Shown here piece by piece: positions 1-12,900 of a DNA stretch of 64,000 bases (positions are counted from its first letter, which is position 1; the number at the start of each line of letters is the position of its first letter). Source of the DNA: Epiperipatus broadwayi. Taxonomy: Eukaryota; Animalia; Onychophora. The position numbers were made by a program, and so were the translations under genes. Under the pieces are notes generated by a model, which worked only from the letters and a program-made list of their open reading frames with translations, did not search any database and was not told where the DNA came from. The DNA is taken from NCBI GenBank assembly GCA_028023455.1, contig JAQFVV010000004.1, positions 17,980,001 to 18,044,000 of the forward strand. The letters run 5' to 3'.

Positions 1-374
1 GTTTATTATTCTGACTTTATCCCCCATTCTATATTATTTGTACATATGTGAATGATTCACTTACTTTAATATTTTAGTAATATTATCAGGGCTACAAGTT
101 TATTGAGACAACACTTTGGAAGCTAAAAGAATATACTACAAGGAAAAAGGCCATCTTATTCCTGTGGGTATAATTTTCAAAGGCATATATTAGTATATCA
201 AAATATGAGTGTTGAATCTGAAAATAGATATCAATAATTGATTCACATAAATCTTATGTTAATCATTCAAATGTAACGAAATATTAGACTGCTTATAATA
301 TGCTAATTTTAATGATGACTATTATATAAGCCCTATTTAATATTCAATTTTATTTACTAGTGCAGAGAATGTGT

Positions 375-516
375 GTAATTTAGATAGAAGGGATTTACAC
401 CCTAAGCACATGCGCTGTAATATTGTTACAATAGCTTAATGATGTACTCAAGACATTGAGGTATTATAACATTACAACTCAGGTGCTTAAGGTGTAAATC
501 CTTTCTGTTTAAATAC
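375..516. repeat. Imperfect ~140-bp fold-back (element F), possibly related to elements A/B/C
   Basis: gtaatttagatagaagggatttacaccctaagcac pairs with gtgcttaaggtgtaaatcctttctgtttaaatac, and inner arms also pair. It contains gcacatgcgctgtaa, versus gcacatgcgctttaa in element C. Confidence 0.7.
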
Positions 517-1023
517 GCCTTATTTATGTATCACTAAAGATATGACAATTATAATATAAATTTAATGAGTTTACTATCAGATCTAAATGGGGGGGGGGGG
601 ATTCCATACTCTCTAAATATGAATGGTTGACGTTATATAAGATAAAATAAATTTCCATCTTTATTTCTCACCTCCAACAGATATAAAAACATCATTATGG
701 TGTATTTATTTTACTTGGGTTATTACTTAATCACACTATGAAAGGCACTATCTGTTAAGCAGCAAGCCTGTGGACATCATAATTACATAAGTTTACCAAT
801 CCACTTATTGCACAGATTCAAACTCAGCCACAAGTATGAATTTATCTAACTTTCCCCATCTTAAATCAGTCACACAAACATATAATGCACAGAAAGATAG
901 AGACGATGAATAAAGATTCCACTGAAATTAAATTATGATAAAAATTTATTTAACCAATTAACAAAAAAAAAAAGATATTTATAAACTGGGCATTGATAAA
1001 GTGATAAGCGAATAATAGGGACT

Positions 1024-1207
1024 AGCATATATATTTAACTATGCAATTTTATTAATTATTTCCTTAAAAAAAACAAAAAGGATATTCAGTTTTGAAATAT
1101 GAAAAAAAACCTTACAGAGCATATATATAGCTATACATTTTTATTAATTATTTCCTTTAAAAAACAAAACAAAAAGGATATTCAATTTTATGAAAAATAC
1201 CTCACAG
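1024..1207 (+). repeat. Tandem duplication, ~94-bp unit x2
   Basis: agcatatatat...attaattatttcctt...caaaaaggatattca...atgaaaaa repeats at 1024 and 1118. Confidence 0.85.
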
Positions 1208-2869
1208 GACAAACATTGGGATACAAAAATAATAAATTTAAATTAGATTTAATAATTTTTATTAGTCATTCATTAGACTAGAGATTATCCAATAATAAAA
1301 AATATTTCTGTAGTGGAATTTTTCATTACACCACTTTCATACAAGGTTTCCTCTTGTTTCTTTAAATTTAATAGTATTGTTTACAAGTATTGCAAATATT
1401 AAAAAAAAAAAAAAAAAGATAGAGTAATAACTTAATTTACTGCTTTACACTATTATATAAAAGTTATATTTAAATTTGAATTCATTTACTTTAAATATCT
1501 ATGTAAGTGTGCATACCTTAAAACATTTTACAATAATTGTATCACTGTCATCTTTTTTTTCCCTATGCACAACTGATTGAAATTTCTTTCTATTGAGACA
1601 ATTCTTTGATGACAAATGCATTGAAAGTTGTGTTTAACTTTTTTCTAGAAACATTATTGCTAGTAAAATTTTGGTGGATTAGCTAAATGGTGGTATGTTT
1701 GTAAAAAAATTTCCATATGGTTTCTGTTTTCTAAAAAAAGAAATTTTTTTTAGTTGACAGAATAATAATCAATTTTAAATTTTAATAATTAAATGCTTAA
1801 CTAGCAAGTTTAACTTTCTAGTTCCAGACAGAATTACAAAATTCACTTTTAAAATAAAAATGAAAATTTAACCATTTTTCTTCATCTCTAATTACATGAC
1901 TATCTCAATATTTCTATTTTCCTATTAATTTTTTTTTTTGGTAATTGTTCAATTTTAATACAAAGAAAAAAATTATCAGTTTTTTGGCTATACAACAAAA
2001 CAGAAATTATGTGGCATTGCTTCATTTTTTATTATAAATATACTGTATTAAAAAAAAAAAAGTAATAAATAAGCAAATGAAAAATTTGGTTTTACAATAT
2101 TAAGTAGCATGTTTTATAATTAAACAATCTATATATTTATATAAATAAATAAAAATTTTACTATCATTTTTAATTGTAAAATTCACATCAATTTTAATTT
2201 TTGAATAATGTAATCCTATCAACTTTGTTCATATTATATAATAAATCCATATATATATATCAGTATATTCTAAATATAAGAAAATAATTTAATATATTCA
2301 TAACTGTGTGTCACAAAATAATATACTCCTAAAATGTTAAAAACTTTCTATTACATATATATAACTATTAGTAATGGTAATATACAATTATAAAATATCA
2401 GAAAGTTCCAGTTACTTTAATAACCTTTATCAACTGTTAATTTTTTTTTTAATTTGGCCAAAATAAACTTCATCATGTAATATCCCAAAATTCATCAATT
2501 TTAATATTTGTACTTTGCATAATTAGAAAAATTAAGAAACCCAATTTTTATAAATAAATAAAAAAAATTTAATTAATAAGTAAAATACAAATATTAAAAA
2601 TCATGAATCCAGATATTATTTGATGGCATATGCTTTCAATAAATTTAAAATATTTTAATACTTGATAATGAATGTAAAACTAACTGAAAGTACTTCTGAA
2701 ATTGCTATATTATTAACATTCATCATTATTTAATATACATATATTATAATTGTCGAGAATTTGTGGACAAAGAGAAATTTGTAGCCACTTCTATGTTTAA
2801 GAGCACAATGCAAGTCAAAATGCTTATCATGAATGACCCACTTCTCAATTACACTAGCCATTATAAGTA

Positions 2870-4830
2870 TAGATATACAAAGCAAAAGATAAAATCAGGA
2901 AGGATTCAGAATATCTTATACTGACAGAAAACAAAACAATCAATAAGAACAAAAATAAATAAACAAAAACCTAATGTGAGCATTGAAGACCCTTCTCTTG
3001 TGGTTTGCTTTGGGACTTAAATATATATATATAATTAGGATTTCTTTAATAGTAATTAATATTTACTGAGGCTATAACCTCGATAATATGCGTGTAAAAT
3101 GCGATAGTAGGGATCTCTACAGGTGTTTTAACCACAAGCTTACGCTATGGAAGAAAAGAGGGGAACCCCTTCTTTACTTCAACCTACTTTCTATTTAAAT
3201 AGGTGAAGCTGAAGCGGTTAGATCTGCGAGCGTGAAGCTATTCAATACTTCACTGATTAAGTCCACATTTCTTATTACACATTAATACTCGCGAAATCTT
3301 TCGATTTACGAGTCAATGGAAAGATTTTATAGTTAGAAATCTATTAAAGTAATTTAAAGTTGTAATTATAAATTTATTAAACGCACATTGATTACGTAAG
3401 TAATATTTACTGAGTCCCTACTATCGCATTTTACACGCATATTATCGAGGTTATAGCCTCAGTAAATATTACTTACGTAATCAATGTGCGTTTAATAAAT
3501 TTATAATTACAACTTTAAATTACTTTAATAGTAATTGCATATTTATACTATATTTTCAGTAAATAAATAAGAATTTGTTAAAATAAATGGTGACTAGAAT
3601 CTATACATCACTGTGCTCACAATCATTCATCTGCCTGTAAAATAATAATTAGTAGTGCCTGTTTAGCAATAACGCACATTATATCAAACTTACATCATAA
3701 GCAATTTCATGAATGCTTACTTTTCTCATATAGCTTGCAATGGTTTATATGCATTTTAGCTATGAATCCAGGCAGAACTCTTGAATGACTTCTTTAAAAC
3801 AGTACAACTAACAATAATTTTAGTTAAATTTACATGTGCAGAAATTACCTCTTCACTATTCTATATAATATTTACTTGTCATTCTAGTTAAATTCTAATG
3901 CCTTAAAAGAAAATTCATATCAACATCAATTCACAGAGATCTTATAAAAAAAAAAAAATTTGTTTCTAGCTGTCCTTCAAAATTAATTGATTCTATTTAT
4001 TTAAAATGTGGCTAATACATGGCATTATTATCATATAAATATGATAGCTAGTTTGTTCAAATGTAAACAATATCTGATATAATCACATATCTATTTAACT
4101 TATCATAAAAGTGATGATAAATCTAATATACAAAGCACGAGATAAAACCAAGAATAACTCAGAATATCTTATACTGACAGATATATATATATAAAACAGT
4201 ATATAAAACAAAACAATCAATAATAACAAAAATAAAAAAACAAAAAGTAATGTGGGCATTGAAGTTCCTTCTCTAGTGGTTTGCTTTGAGACTTAAATGT
4301 ATATATAATTAAGATTTCTTTAATAAAATTGCATATTTACATTATATCTTCAGTAAATAAATAGAAATTTGTTGAAATAAATTGTGGCTAGAAGCTGTAT
4401 ATCACCACACACATGTTCATTCATCTGATTGTAAAATAATAATTAGTAATGACTGTGTAGCAATAATGAACATTATATCAAACTTACATCATAAGCAATC
4501 TCATAAATGTTTACTTTTCTCATATAGCGTGCACTGATTTGACGATATGCCTTTTAGCTATGAATCCAGGCAGAACTATTGAATGACTTCCTTAAAACAA
4601 TACAAATACAATTTTAGTTAAATTTACACATGCAGAAATGCTCTCCTCATTATTTCATATATTAGTCATTCTAGTTAAATTCTAATGCCTTAAGAGGAAA
4701 TGCATGCGAACATCAATTTACTGAGATCTTTAAAAAAAATGTTTCTAATTGTCCTTCATGATTCTATTTATTTAAAATGTGGTTAATATGTGGATTATTA
4801 TCATATAAATATGATATCTAGTTTTTCAAG
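2870..4830 (+). repeat. Two diverged tandem copies of a ~0.7-0.8 kb repeat (about 2870-4065 and 4130-4830); the first carries insertion A
   Basis: Collinear blocks, e.g. agaatatcttatactgacaga, aacaatcaataa, gtggtttgcttt, ttatatcaaacttacatcataagcaat, gctatgaatccaggcagaact, ttctagttaaattctaatgcctta. Confidence 0.9.
3057..3531 (-). mobile_element. Element A: non-coding structured fold-back insertion, 344-bp unit plus perfect 74-bp hairpin
   Basis: 3341-3414 is the exact reverse complement of 3458-3531 (43-nt loop). 3057-3113 is the exact reverse complement of 3415-3471. taatatttactgag recurs at a 344-bp period. ctttaatagtaatt is duplicated at 3044-3057 and 3523-3536. The insertion is absent from the paralogous site near 4313-4338. 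Confidence 0.9.
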
Positions 4831-4879
4831 TATTTCTATTTAACTTATAGTAAAAGTCAAGGTTGCTATTGTCCTATAT

Positions 4880-5882
4880 CAGGGGTGGTGAACTTCCAGC
4901 CCATGGCCAAGTCCAGCACTTGAAAGCTCTCAATCAGGTCCATGACTTTTTCAAAAAGTGCACAAAATGACCCTGTATTTAAACAATTGATCTAAAATAA
5001 AATATTTGTCATTTTCTCACATCTTTTTCTCTCTCCAACTTTTATAATAATTCTAATTTATTTTATCAGAGGTGCAATATTCCAACAAATCATCTATATG
5101 GGGTGGGGGTCTACCTGACTATGGGTTTAATTTATGACACTAAGGGCATTTTATTTGTTTTTATAATGATTTTTGCAAGTGAATGTATACTAGCAAAATA
5201 AAACTCAATTTTTTTGTTTTATTATTTTTATTTTGCATTTAATTTTTTTTATTAGGATGGTTACACCAATAAGACAAAAAAAAAAAAATTGACATTGAAA
5301 ATCATGCATTTGAAAAGAAATGGATCAAAACTTTTTTTTTTATAGAGAGAAATAGTAAATTGATGTGTCTGATATGTCTGAAAAGTATTTCAGTTAATAA
5401 AGAGCATAATATTAAGAGGTACCATTTATCAAAACAGTCTAATTTCAATAAAATTGTTTTTGTGAATTACTTCAACCAAAGTACAAATAAATCAGAAAAT
5501 TCTATGAAAGCAAGTTACATTCTTTTAAAAAGAAAAAAGCAGAAAATTTAATTTTCTGAAAGGGAGTTTATCCTAGAAGTTATAGAATTAATATGACCAG
5601 AATATAAAACAAAATTCAAGAATATAAATATGTCACAGGCTAGTTACAACACACAATGAACAAATTATCATTAAATGTGGAAGTCAATAATAATAATATT
5701 ACTTTATTTTTAATTAACAAAAAAAAAATATGGCCCTTGGCCCACTCCTAATGATTAGGGATAAATTAATTAAATTTTTCATCAAATATAGCAGGTTAAT
5801 TTTTAAGTCAATAATTTTGTATGGCCCGAGAATATTATAAACATCCAAATGGTCCTTGGTAGAAAAAAAATTGCCCACCCTG
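4880..5882 (+). mobile_element. Internally deleted hAT DNA transposon (GTF2IRD2/SPIN/Charlie-like transposase N-terminal remnant)
   Basis: TIRs caggggtggtgaa / ttgcccaccctg; near-TSD gtcctata / gtcctaca; translation near 5300-5450 ENHAFEKKW..FFFIERNSKLMCLICLKSISVNKEHNIKRYH. Confidence 0.85.
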
Positions 5883-6359
5883 GTCCTACATGAAGAAGAC
5901 AAACAGTTATTAAATGTAAATATTAAACATTTGCTCTCAGATTATTATACAAAAAATATAGTAAAGAAATGACAGCTAAATAAATTTCTTACAAATTGAA
6001 AATCTGTTTAGTTTCATGATAGAAATAATTATTTTATTTTTGGAATAAGATCCCCTTTTATATATGTGTGTTTCAATATTTTGTAAAATATAAAAAAAAA
6101 AATTTTTAATATTTCAATTGCATCCATTATATTTATGTTTATCCACATTTCCTCAGAAATAAATAAAAAATTACATCAGGAAACATGCATATGCTTATAA
6201 ATTAATTAATTTTAAAAATAAGTATTTTGCTATATACAACAAATTTATATATGACAATAGATATGCCTCAACATTCCCATAACATTTAGTAGACTAAAAT
6301 TATGGATGTATTTTTCTGGTTTATTATTATTTCCTTGCATGCTTCTCAACATAAATACA

Positions 6360-6852
6360 TAATTATATCATATATATAAGTAAGCATTTATTTTTATAGC
6401 GTCTGCATATAATTGTAATTTACATTCATATCGGCCATTCATTTATTATTTAACACTCGCAAAGCGTTTGCACAATTGGTTTGAATGGCCGATATGAATG
6501 TAAATTACAATTATATGCAGACGCTATAAAAATAAATGCTTACTTATATATATGATTAAGTTTCAGTTGGAATGACGTTTAGTAAATTCTAGGAAATTTC
6601 ATCGCGTCATTCGTTCAGACATTGTATATGGTGATTTAAAAGTGACCGTTCTATCGTCACGCCTTCTGTGCAAGTACTTCAGATTTGCTCATATATAAAT
6701 ATTTGAGTCGTAGGAATAAGAGGATCCTTTTTATTCCTGCATAAATTCTATATCTTGTATTGATCAGAAGGCATTCATTTATTATTTAACACTCGCAAAG
6801 CGTTTGCACAATTGGTTTGAATGGCCGATATGAATGTAAATAATTATATCAT
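6360..6852 (+). mobile_element. Element B: non-coding structured fold-back insertion, 336-bp unit plus perfect 75-bp hairpin
   Basis: 6367-6441 is the exact reverse complement of 6482-6556 (40-nt loop). 6436-6505 is repeated identically at 6772-6841 (period 336). The 12-bp flank duplication taattatatcat lies at 6360-6371 and 6841-6852. Confidence 0.9.
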
Positions 6853-7099
6853 GTAAATCTTAAATATCTAATTATATTCTGACATAAGAATTAAATCTCA
6901 ATGATAATTATGTGGTAGTAAATCAGCATTTCATTTACTTAAGTTGAAATCATAAATTAAACAATCTCAGAAAACATTACAAATCTTAACTTTTTTGGCA
7001 AATATCTTAAGTCTTTATAATACCGTTTATCAATATTCATAGAACTTTTCCATAATATAATAGTATTTGTTTTGAAAAATTTCCATTATTCTCAACATT

Positions 7100-7870
7100 C
7101 ATAAAAGTTTTATCAATGATAAAGCAACTCTCACTGTTTTTTGTCACCAGTCAAAAAGCTTGATATTAAATTTTGCTTGGGTTATTGAAAAGAATTAAAT
7201 GTAATCTTAGTTATTGAAAAAGGGACAATAATCAATAACATGTACAAAAAGTTTCTTTATAAAAACATATAATTTACAAATTAAAAATAAATCATAGATA
7301 TAATATAGAATAAAGGATTTAATTTCTTGTATTTTAGAATTTCACATGACCATCATTTCTTATGCTTGCTTATACGTATAGAGTTTTGCCCGTTTTAATT
7401 TTAGAATTTACAAATTATACCAAAGGACCATCTACGAGACTTGAGAAATGTTGTAGTTAGTTAAAATATCATGAAAAAATTTGATGTCAGTATTGGTCAT
7501 TGATTCTGCCAATAATATATTTTCTAACATGTTTATAAATGAATTGATTTCCAATTCTCATCATGACTGAATTTTGGATTATATCATCACTGATAGATCA
7601 TTATATGTCATTCGAGTTTCAGTAGATATGTTCATTTAATCTTTTGTACCTAATTAGGCCATCCCTCATTTCATCAAATATAATTTTTCCAATTTTACTA
7701 ATTTAGTTAAAGCATTGAAATCAGATAAAGGGCCATCACATAATCTATCAAGTGACTTAGCCTTTATGAACTGACAAAACAATTTAATTTCAACTAGTCT
7801 AAGACCATTGTTTTGTTTTGTTTTCTTTGTTGGATGTTCTTTGAGACTTGTATGACAAAATTATTGATTG
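7100..7870 (-). mobile_element. Degenerate LINE remnant (APE endonuclease region, RTE-like)
   Basis: Broken minus-strand translation SLKEHP..NNGLRLVE...NQ..HIL resembles the LINE endonuclease C-terminal motifs. Confidence 0.45.
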
Positions 7871-8299
7871 TGATTGAAATTTAATCAGATTGAAAATTAA
7901 TAATTACCTGAAAAATTTATTAATTATAAATTTATTAATAATTAAACTGTTTTGGTCATCAAAGCATGGATTTCTTTCTGTTGATATCTATCATGAAAAG
8001 ATGTGTCTCCTGATAAAAGTGATTCAGATATTATCAAACTTTTTTAATCTCCATAGTCTTATGCCATCCAGTATAAGCTTTAGTAATCAAATAAATGCCA
8101 GAGAGTTCTTAATAAATCATTATCGAGTGCTGTCTATCCAAATACCCTCAGACTAGTTTCTAATATGTTATGAAAGTGTTTTTTAAACATATATACAACC
8201 AAATTTTATGAAGTGACTATTTTAAAGAAAAATTTATTTGTTAGCTTACTAATGATTTTGTTTTCTTCCATCTAAAGATGATTATCTTAATTCCTCTTT

Positions 8300-9250
8300 C
8301 TTTGAGTAAAAAAAAAAAAAACATTAACTTTTATTCCAAAAACAACTACTAAACATTAGATGCATTATTGTTTCTTCCTGTCCTATTTTTCTCTTCATTT
8401 TATTAATTTCTCCTACTCTGGCATTATGTAGTTCTTGCCTCTAATGATAAGCATACTTTGGTTGTTACCTTTCAATACTCCAAAATAAACTTTAATATAG
8501 ATTAGAAATTTTTCAAATTTCTACTGACTGTAATTAGTGATTAATTTTAACTATAATATTGCCATATAAAGAAGTATATTTGCATATTTAAACTTGGATA
8601 TTCATTATAATATAAGAGCTGTCTATTGTAACTATTGGTCCTATTTTTTATGTTTCAAACATAATAACATTGCTTGCTTCTCTAGAATAGAATTTATATT
8701 TCAGGCTTATAACAATCAAATAAATCCTTTTTGTGGACAGGTTCAGAATATATCAATAAGCCAGTACAATCTTCTACTTTTGGTCAATCTTTGTTGCTTT
8801 TTGCCTCCACCTATTTTTTCTTCTTCTAGATCTATATTATTCTCTAGAAATCTCAGTATTGTTTAATATCTACTAACATATTGACAATTTTTTATCTCAT
8901 TTCATCTAAATAATTGCATACTTATGTCTACTTTATTTTCTAAAAACTAATTATCATTCGTCTCTTTTAAATATGTTTGAATTTTCTAAATTCCTTACAA
9001 CTTAAATAATTTTTCTTCAAATGCATTACTTATTTCTTTTTGCATTTCCTCTAAACATTTTCTACTATATTATTTAAATTATTTGTTTTTATATTTTGAT
9101 CATTCTATAAATCCTCTTTCTCTCCTAAAAGTTTCTAAACAAACTGATATTTTCCCTAAATCATCTTGTATATCTTTTTCCTCTGTAATTGTTTGCTGAT
9201 CATTATATGTTCTAATGCTGCATGAGCAAACCATTTTAGTTGCGAGTTAC
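8300..9250 (-). mobile_element. Degenerate LINE reverse transcriptase remnant
   Basis: Fragmentary matches on the minus strand to GxYQxGFRxxRG and FVDxxKAF-type RT motifs; many stops and frameshifts. Confidence 0.45.
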
Positions 9251-9639
9251 TTTTTCATGGAATGCATGTCATTATCACCTACTTTCATATGTGCAGTCAA
9301 GGAGAGTTTGGGGTTCAATGTTGTCCCAAAAGACCAGTGTGAATACAAATTTTTGTAATACAATTCACATAAAAATATACAAAATTTTATGTGTCTAGAA
9401 AATTTTAGAGAAGTGATCCTAAGAAAAAAATCTGGCTATGTCAAAGTCTAGGATCCTTTCATATTTTTCAAAAATATGATTCCAAATACAAAATCAAATA
9501 AAATTAAATTAGTGTGATATTTGTTTTTGTCTGTTTGTTGTTGTGCATCTTAACTGTTTTTGTAGATTTTCAACCGTTAATAAAGTAAATTTCAATCTTG
9601 AAAAAAAATGTTTCATATAAATGGAATCAAAGGCACTTA

Positions 9640-11080
9640 CAATTTTTTAAAATGATATAGTTTCCAGATGTGATGTGTTATAAAAATTTATTTTTGATGT
9701 ATTGTACTTTAAATTTATAAATTCCACTTAACAAGTTTTCAAGAGTTGTGTGAATGCAAATGGAAAAGAAAATATTACAAATATTTTGTCATATTTTTTT
9801 TAAATGTAAGAAATGACCATCAAATGCAGATAATAGTCTTTTTATTACATTAGAATATTTTGATAAATTCTTATCTCTATTGAAATTATTTAACAAATGG
9901 AAATGTATTTCTAAGATGATTTTCAAATACCAATAATTTTTTGCGAACTACATTTATACAATTGCAAGCACCAATTATTAATTATAGTTCCCTTGCAACT
10001 CTTTATTGAGTTGATTGAAGTTTTTCAGTTGGATCTACTAAAAAACACAGATATGAAAACCAATCATTTCTTAATTCAGTTATTCTTGGTCATGAATGTA
10101 TCAACTTCTTCCCATAAGTCAAAAAATCATTTCAAACCTGTTCCTTGATTTAGCTAACATTTGTAAAATATATTATATTGTCATGTTTTGAATCTAATTT
10201 ACTAAGGAATTCCTTAAATTATCGATGCTGAAATACATATGATTGAATGTAATTGACTGTTTTTGTAATAATATTCATATATTTGTGCACATAAATTTTG
10301 CTCATGTATCAAGCACTGAATAATACATTACTGTTTTTAATGGCCTTTGACTCCAGAATATCATGAGTAATATTACAGCTCCCTTATTTTTAATGATGAC
10401 AGCTAGTACTCCATCTAGTATTATGTCTGAAAGTGTTTTGAAATTAAAGTTATTTTCTGTAAGACAATTTTCAATTGACTGGAAAATATCTTCTCCCTCC
10501 TCTAATAGTATCTTTCAAATTTAAAAGATTTAACATTTGTTCAGTTACATAAAACAATCATTTACACTACAAAAAAATATCACAAGTTGAGTCTCTCATT
10601 GAATGCCAGAGTATAAGCTTTGAAATTCTATATTTGATCTCATAAACATAAGTTGAATTTCAGCTGCAATGTCATTAGCATGATGACATATGGTTTGACA
10701 TGACAAACTGATACTTGAAAAAATCTTTTCATTTTCTAGCAAAACATCTTTTACAACTGTTTCTAAACACATTTCAATAGTTCACCATTTGAAAATGACT
10801 TCACTTTTTTTTACAAGCAATACACTAGCTGAATAATTTAATATCACAATATTGGATAGTTGTTGTTCTTATATTGAATGCCATTTGCTGAGACTTTAGC
10901 TGCAATTTAAATGTAGTTAGTTTAAATTTTTTCACTTCTTTATTGAAATTTACATATTCAGCATATTCATATTGTATTCCTTAATATGGTTGCTATTTTG
11001 ACATGAAGAAGTAATCTTCCTGATGATCGCTGTATTGTCTGCTTTCATTTTTCCTTTGAACTCATTCTGAAAGACTTAAA
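9640..11080 (-). mobile_element. hAT transposase pseudogene (GTF2IRD2-like)
   Basis: Minus-strand fragments FSNGELLKMCLETVVKDV, SISLSCQTICHHANDIA, LAFNE and GEDIFQSIENCL..LDGVLAVIIKNKG match the hAT DDE domain order. Confidence 0.75.
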
Positions 11081-11649
11081 TAATTAATTTATGAATATTT
11101 CATACATATTGATAGATACAAATTAAAATAATTAAATTTTATTGCTAAATGCATGTATAAATAAAATTTATTAAAATTAATAGTAAGTCTATGAAAACTT
11201 ACCTCTAAAAACTTTTACTACAATTTTCACGAATCAGATATTTATGTTTGTTAACCAAATTTAATTTTAGTTTTATATTCTCAAATAAAAATGTATTTGC
11301 TTTACCTTATTCTTATTCAGATGAATTTGACAATTATTTTTCAAATAAACAATTCAAATATCACATTTACTTACTATTGCATTTAATATACAAAACACAA
11401 ATTTTACGTATCTTGTTATTTTGTGCAGTAAACAATTTTTTATTATATTCGCTTAATATGCCTGCTCACTTACAACAAGAGGGAAAAAGCATAAATTGAA
11501 TGAAAAAAATTATTTTGATGCATAAGTATCCAGAAGCCGTAAAAATTAAATGTGCTGGGCAAGCTTGCAGATTGGCCAGATCTATTTTAGCATGACACAG
11601 CAGTTTTGAGCTTCCAAACTATTAATCAGATGATTTTACTTCTTTATCT

Positions 11650-12900
11650 GTATTTTCAGATTTCTTTCTATTTTCTTTATCCCTTTCTATTAGCTTCAAC
11701 TTCATTCTATACTTCATTTCCTAAAATAATTTCAAAATAAACTTCAGTTCCAATATGAACTTTACTTTGTTCTAGAGGATCACTATTCTTTTTATTTATT
11801 TCTATTATATCCATTTCAATTTTAGATTCTTCTATTTTAATCTTTAATTTGTACTTGACATTAGCTTTTGAATTAAATTCTTCAATAGTTCCTGTATCTC
11901 CAGCAGTTTCAAATTTTCTATCACTATTATTTCTATTCTACTTTTCTCACATTTTATAAACCAATTTTAAGACAAATTTTCATTCTAACCCTAACTGTAT
12001 TTTGTTCTACAAGATCTATACTTTCTTTAAATTGTTTTATATTGTCAACAAAGATTTCTACAATATTTAAGTTAATTCTAGATTACTCTAAATAAATTGG
12101 AAATCTGTTTTCCACCATTTGATGTTTCCAGACTCATAGCTTGGTATTACGTTATTTTATTTTTAAACTTTTTATTATTTTCTTTTTCCATCTGGTTTTG
12201 ACTTGTTACCATTCTATCCCCAAATTTTTGCTATCCCTTTTTCTTTATATCTACTAAGATATGATATCTTCTTTCTATCACTTATTGGTTTCTGCTTAAT
12301 ATAATCTTGTCATTTATAATAGACTACTATCTAATGAAATTCAGTTGACATCCATTTTGGCTTCTAATCATTGCTAGTTGGCTTCTAACCACCTAAATAT
12401 TTGTGTAATTTTATTCATCTGTAATATTGTTATTGATATTATCCTTATTCAGTTAATTGCATCATTACTTTATAATTGCTCTTGTCTTCAACTCTTTTCT
12501 CCCATCTTAAAATTTTTAATGAACTATCTCTTCCTCTAAAAGCTTAATATTTTACAAAACAAGTTGGTCTTTCCCACTTTAATTTTTCCTAATACTGCTT
12601 TATCTATAATTGACAAGTTGATATTAAATTATTTACCTATAATTTATTAGATTCTCCTGTTATAAAGTTTATCTCATGGCAAGGTTTTCTATTTCATCTC
12701 ATTGGGATATGGATGTATTTCACCATGCTTTCCCTTTTGGATTTCATATTCACCAATTCTATTTTCAGGATTTATTTTTACAACTTAAAGTTGGATAAGC
12801 TGTTGAAGTTCTTTCAAAACATATTCTCCTGAAAACATAAATTTCTGATGCACTATATCTAGTATATATTTCCAAACACAATCTGGTGATATTTCTGGTT
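11650..12900 (-). mobile_element. Degenerate LINE reverse transcriptase remnant
   Basis: Purine-rich minus strand with broken RT motifs (VGKDQ-like, GIRQGC-like). Confidence 0.45.

Noticed and set aside
3209-3214. CTGAAG in A/B (CTTAAG in C) as a hammerhead CUGANGA core
   Set aside because: It lacks A9, is not followed by stem II + GAAA, and lies on the strand disfavoured by G.U pairing.
6655-6665. Conserved TCACGC resembling the L3 loop (UUCACGU) of the CPEB3/HDV-like ribozyme
   Set aside because: No 3-bp P3 can form around it in A, B or C, and TCAC pairs with GTGA in all three.
6360-6852. CRISPR-like repeat-spacer organisation or parvoviral ITRs for the A/B/C repeats
   Set aside because: There is no regular repeat-spacer array and no cas or NS1/Rep coding sequence in the window; the context is a eukaryotic intron.
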